NCBI GenBank assembly: GCA_002733505.1
Contig: NVVW01000001.1
Coordinates: 88,200-152,199 of the forward strand
Direction of reading: 5' to 3'
Origin: Methylophaga sp.
Lineage (GTDB): Bacteria; Pseudomonadota; Gammaproteobacteria; Nitrosococcales; Methylophagaceae
Length of the DNA stretch: 64,000 bases
The notes beneath the pieces are model-generated. The model was given only the letters and a program-made list of their open reading frames with translations. It was not told where the DNA came from and searched no databases. The translations under genes were made by a program, and so were the position numbers. Positions within the stretch are counted from its first letter, which is position 1, and every line of letters starts with the position of its first letter. Positions 63,737 to 64,000 of the stretch are shown here, one piece after another.

Positions 63737-64000
63737 TTAACTGCGAATTTGTCCACTACCCAATACGATCCATTTTTGCGAGGTTAGCCCTTCTAAACCG
63801 ACAGGGCCTCGTGCATGGATTTTATCGGTAGAAATACCAATTTCAGCCCCTAAGCCATACTCAAAACCATCCGCAAAGCGGGTTGAGGCATTGACCATCA
63901 CCGAGCTTGAATCTACTTCGGCTAAGAAGCGACGTGAGCGTGCATAGTCTTCGGTGACAATGGTTTCAGTGTGTCCTGAGCTGTGTTTGTGAATATGATC
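63737..64000 (-). CDS. proA: gamma-glutamyl phosphate reductase, C-terminal part (5' end outside the window)
   Basis: The minus strand reads [91 protein letters not shown]. This is the ProA C-terminal consensus. Confidence 0.85.
   Translation of the reverse strand, partial: DHIHKHSSGHTETIVTEDYARSRRFLAEVDSSSVMVNASTRFADGFEYGLGAEIGISTDKIHARGPVGLEGLTSQKWIVLGSGQIRS

Overview
AT-rich chromosomal segment from a marine gammaproteobacterium. Gene content and order (zipA-ligA, cmoA-cmoB-tsaB, monomeric icd, dksA, metG, nadD-proA) look Alteromonadales/Colwelliaceae-like, but that taxon call is inference only. Most of the window is housekeeping: LigA, ZipA, QueF, CysZ, Mqo, monomeric IDH, DksA, Acs, MoaA, FdhD, CmoAB, TsaB, YgiQ, MetG, NadD, a partial ProA and one tRNA-Ser(UGA). 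Six accessory or unusual parts stand out. (1) A 10.1-kb insertion (8955-19089) splits a yjbQ gene, with CGTAC repeated at both junctions. It carries an IS3-family transposase remnant, a CusA/CzcA-type RND metal-efflux operon, a membrane-anchored LuxR-type regulator and several decayed genes. (2) A complete rpfF / rpfC-rpfG-like cluster (41775-46470) combines a DSF-type crotonase synthase, a hybrid kinase with HPt, and a REC-HD-GYP protein. (3) A decayed mosaic (26.1-30.0 kb) holds a gltA pseudogene, an intact mqo and an IS3 remnant truncated at both ends, bracketed by two paralogous gene 5' ends. (4) A vapBC-type toxin-antitoxin pair sits between an aldehyde dehydrogenase gene and acs. (5) A Bacillus-type (dihaem b558) succinate:quinone oxidoreductase operon is present. 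(6) At least two MITE-like families and a recurring about 70-bp palindromic module are scattered through intergenic regions. No CRISPR array, rRNA, prophage or intact transposase/integrase was seen. Functional calls rest on motif and family recognition by eye; no searches were run.
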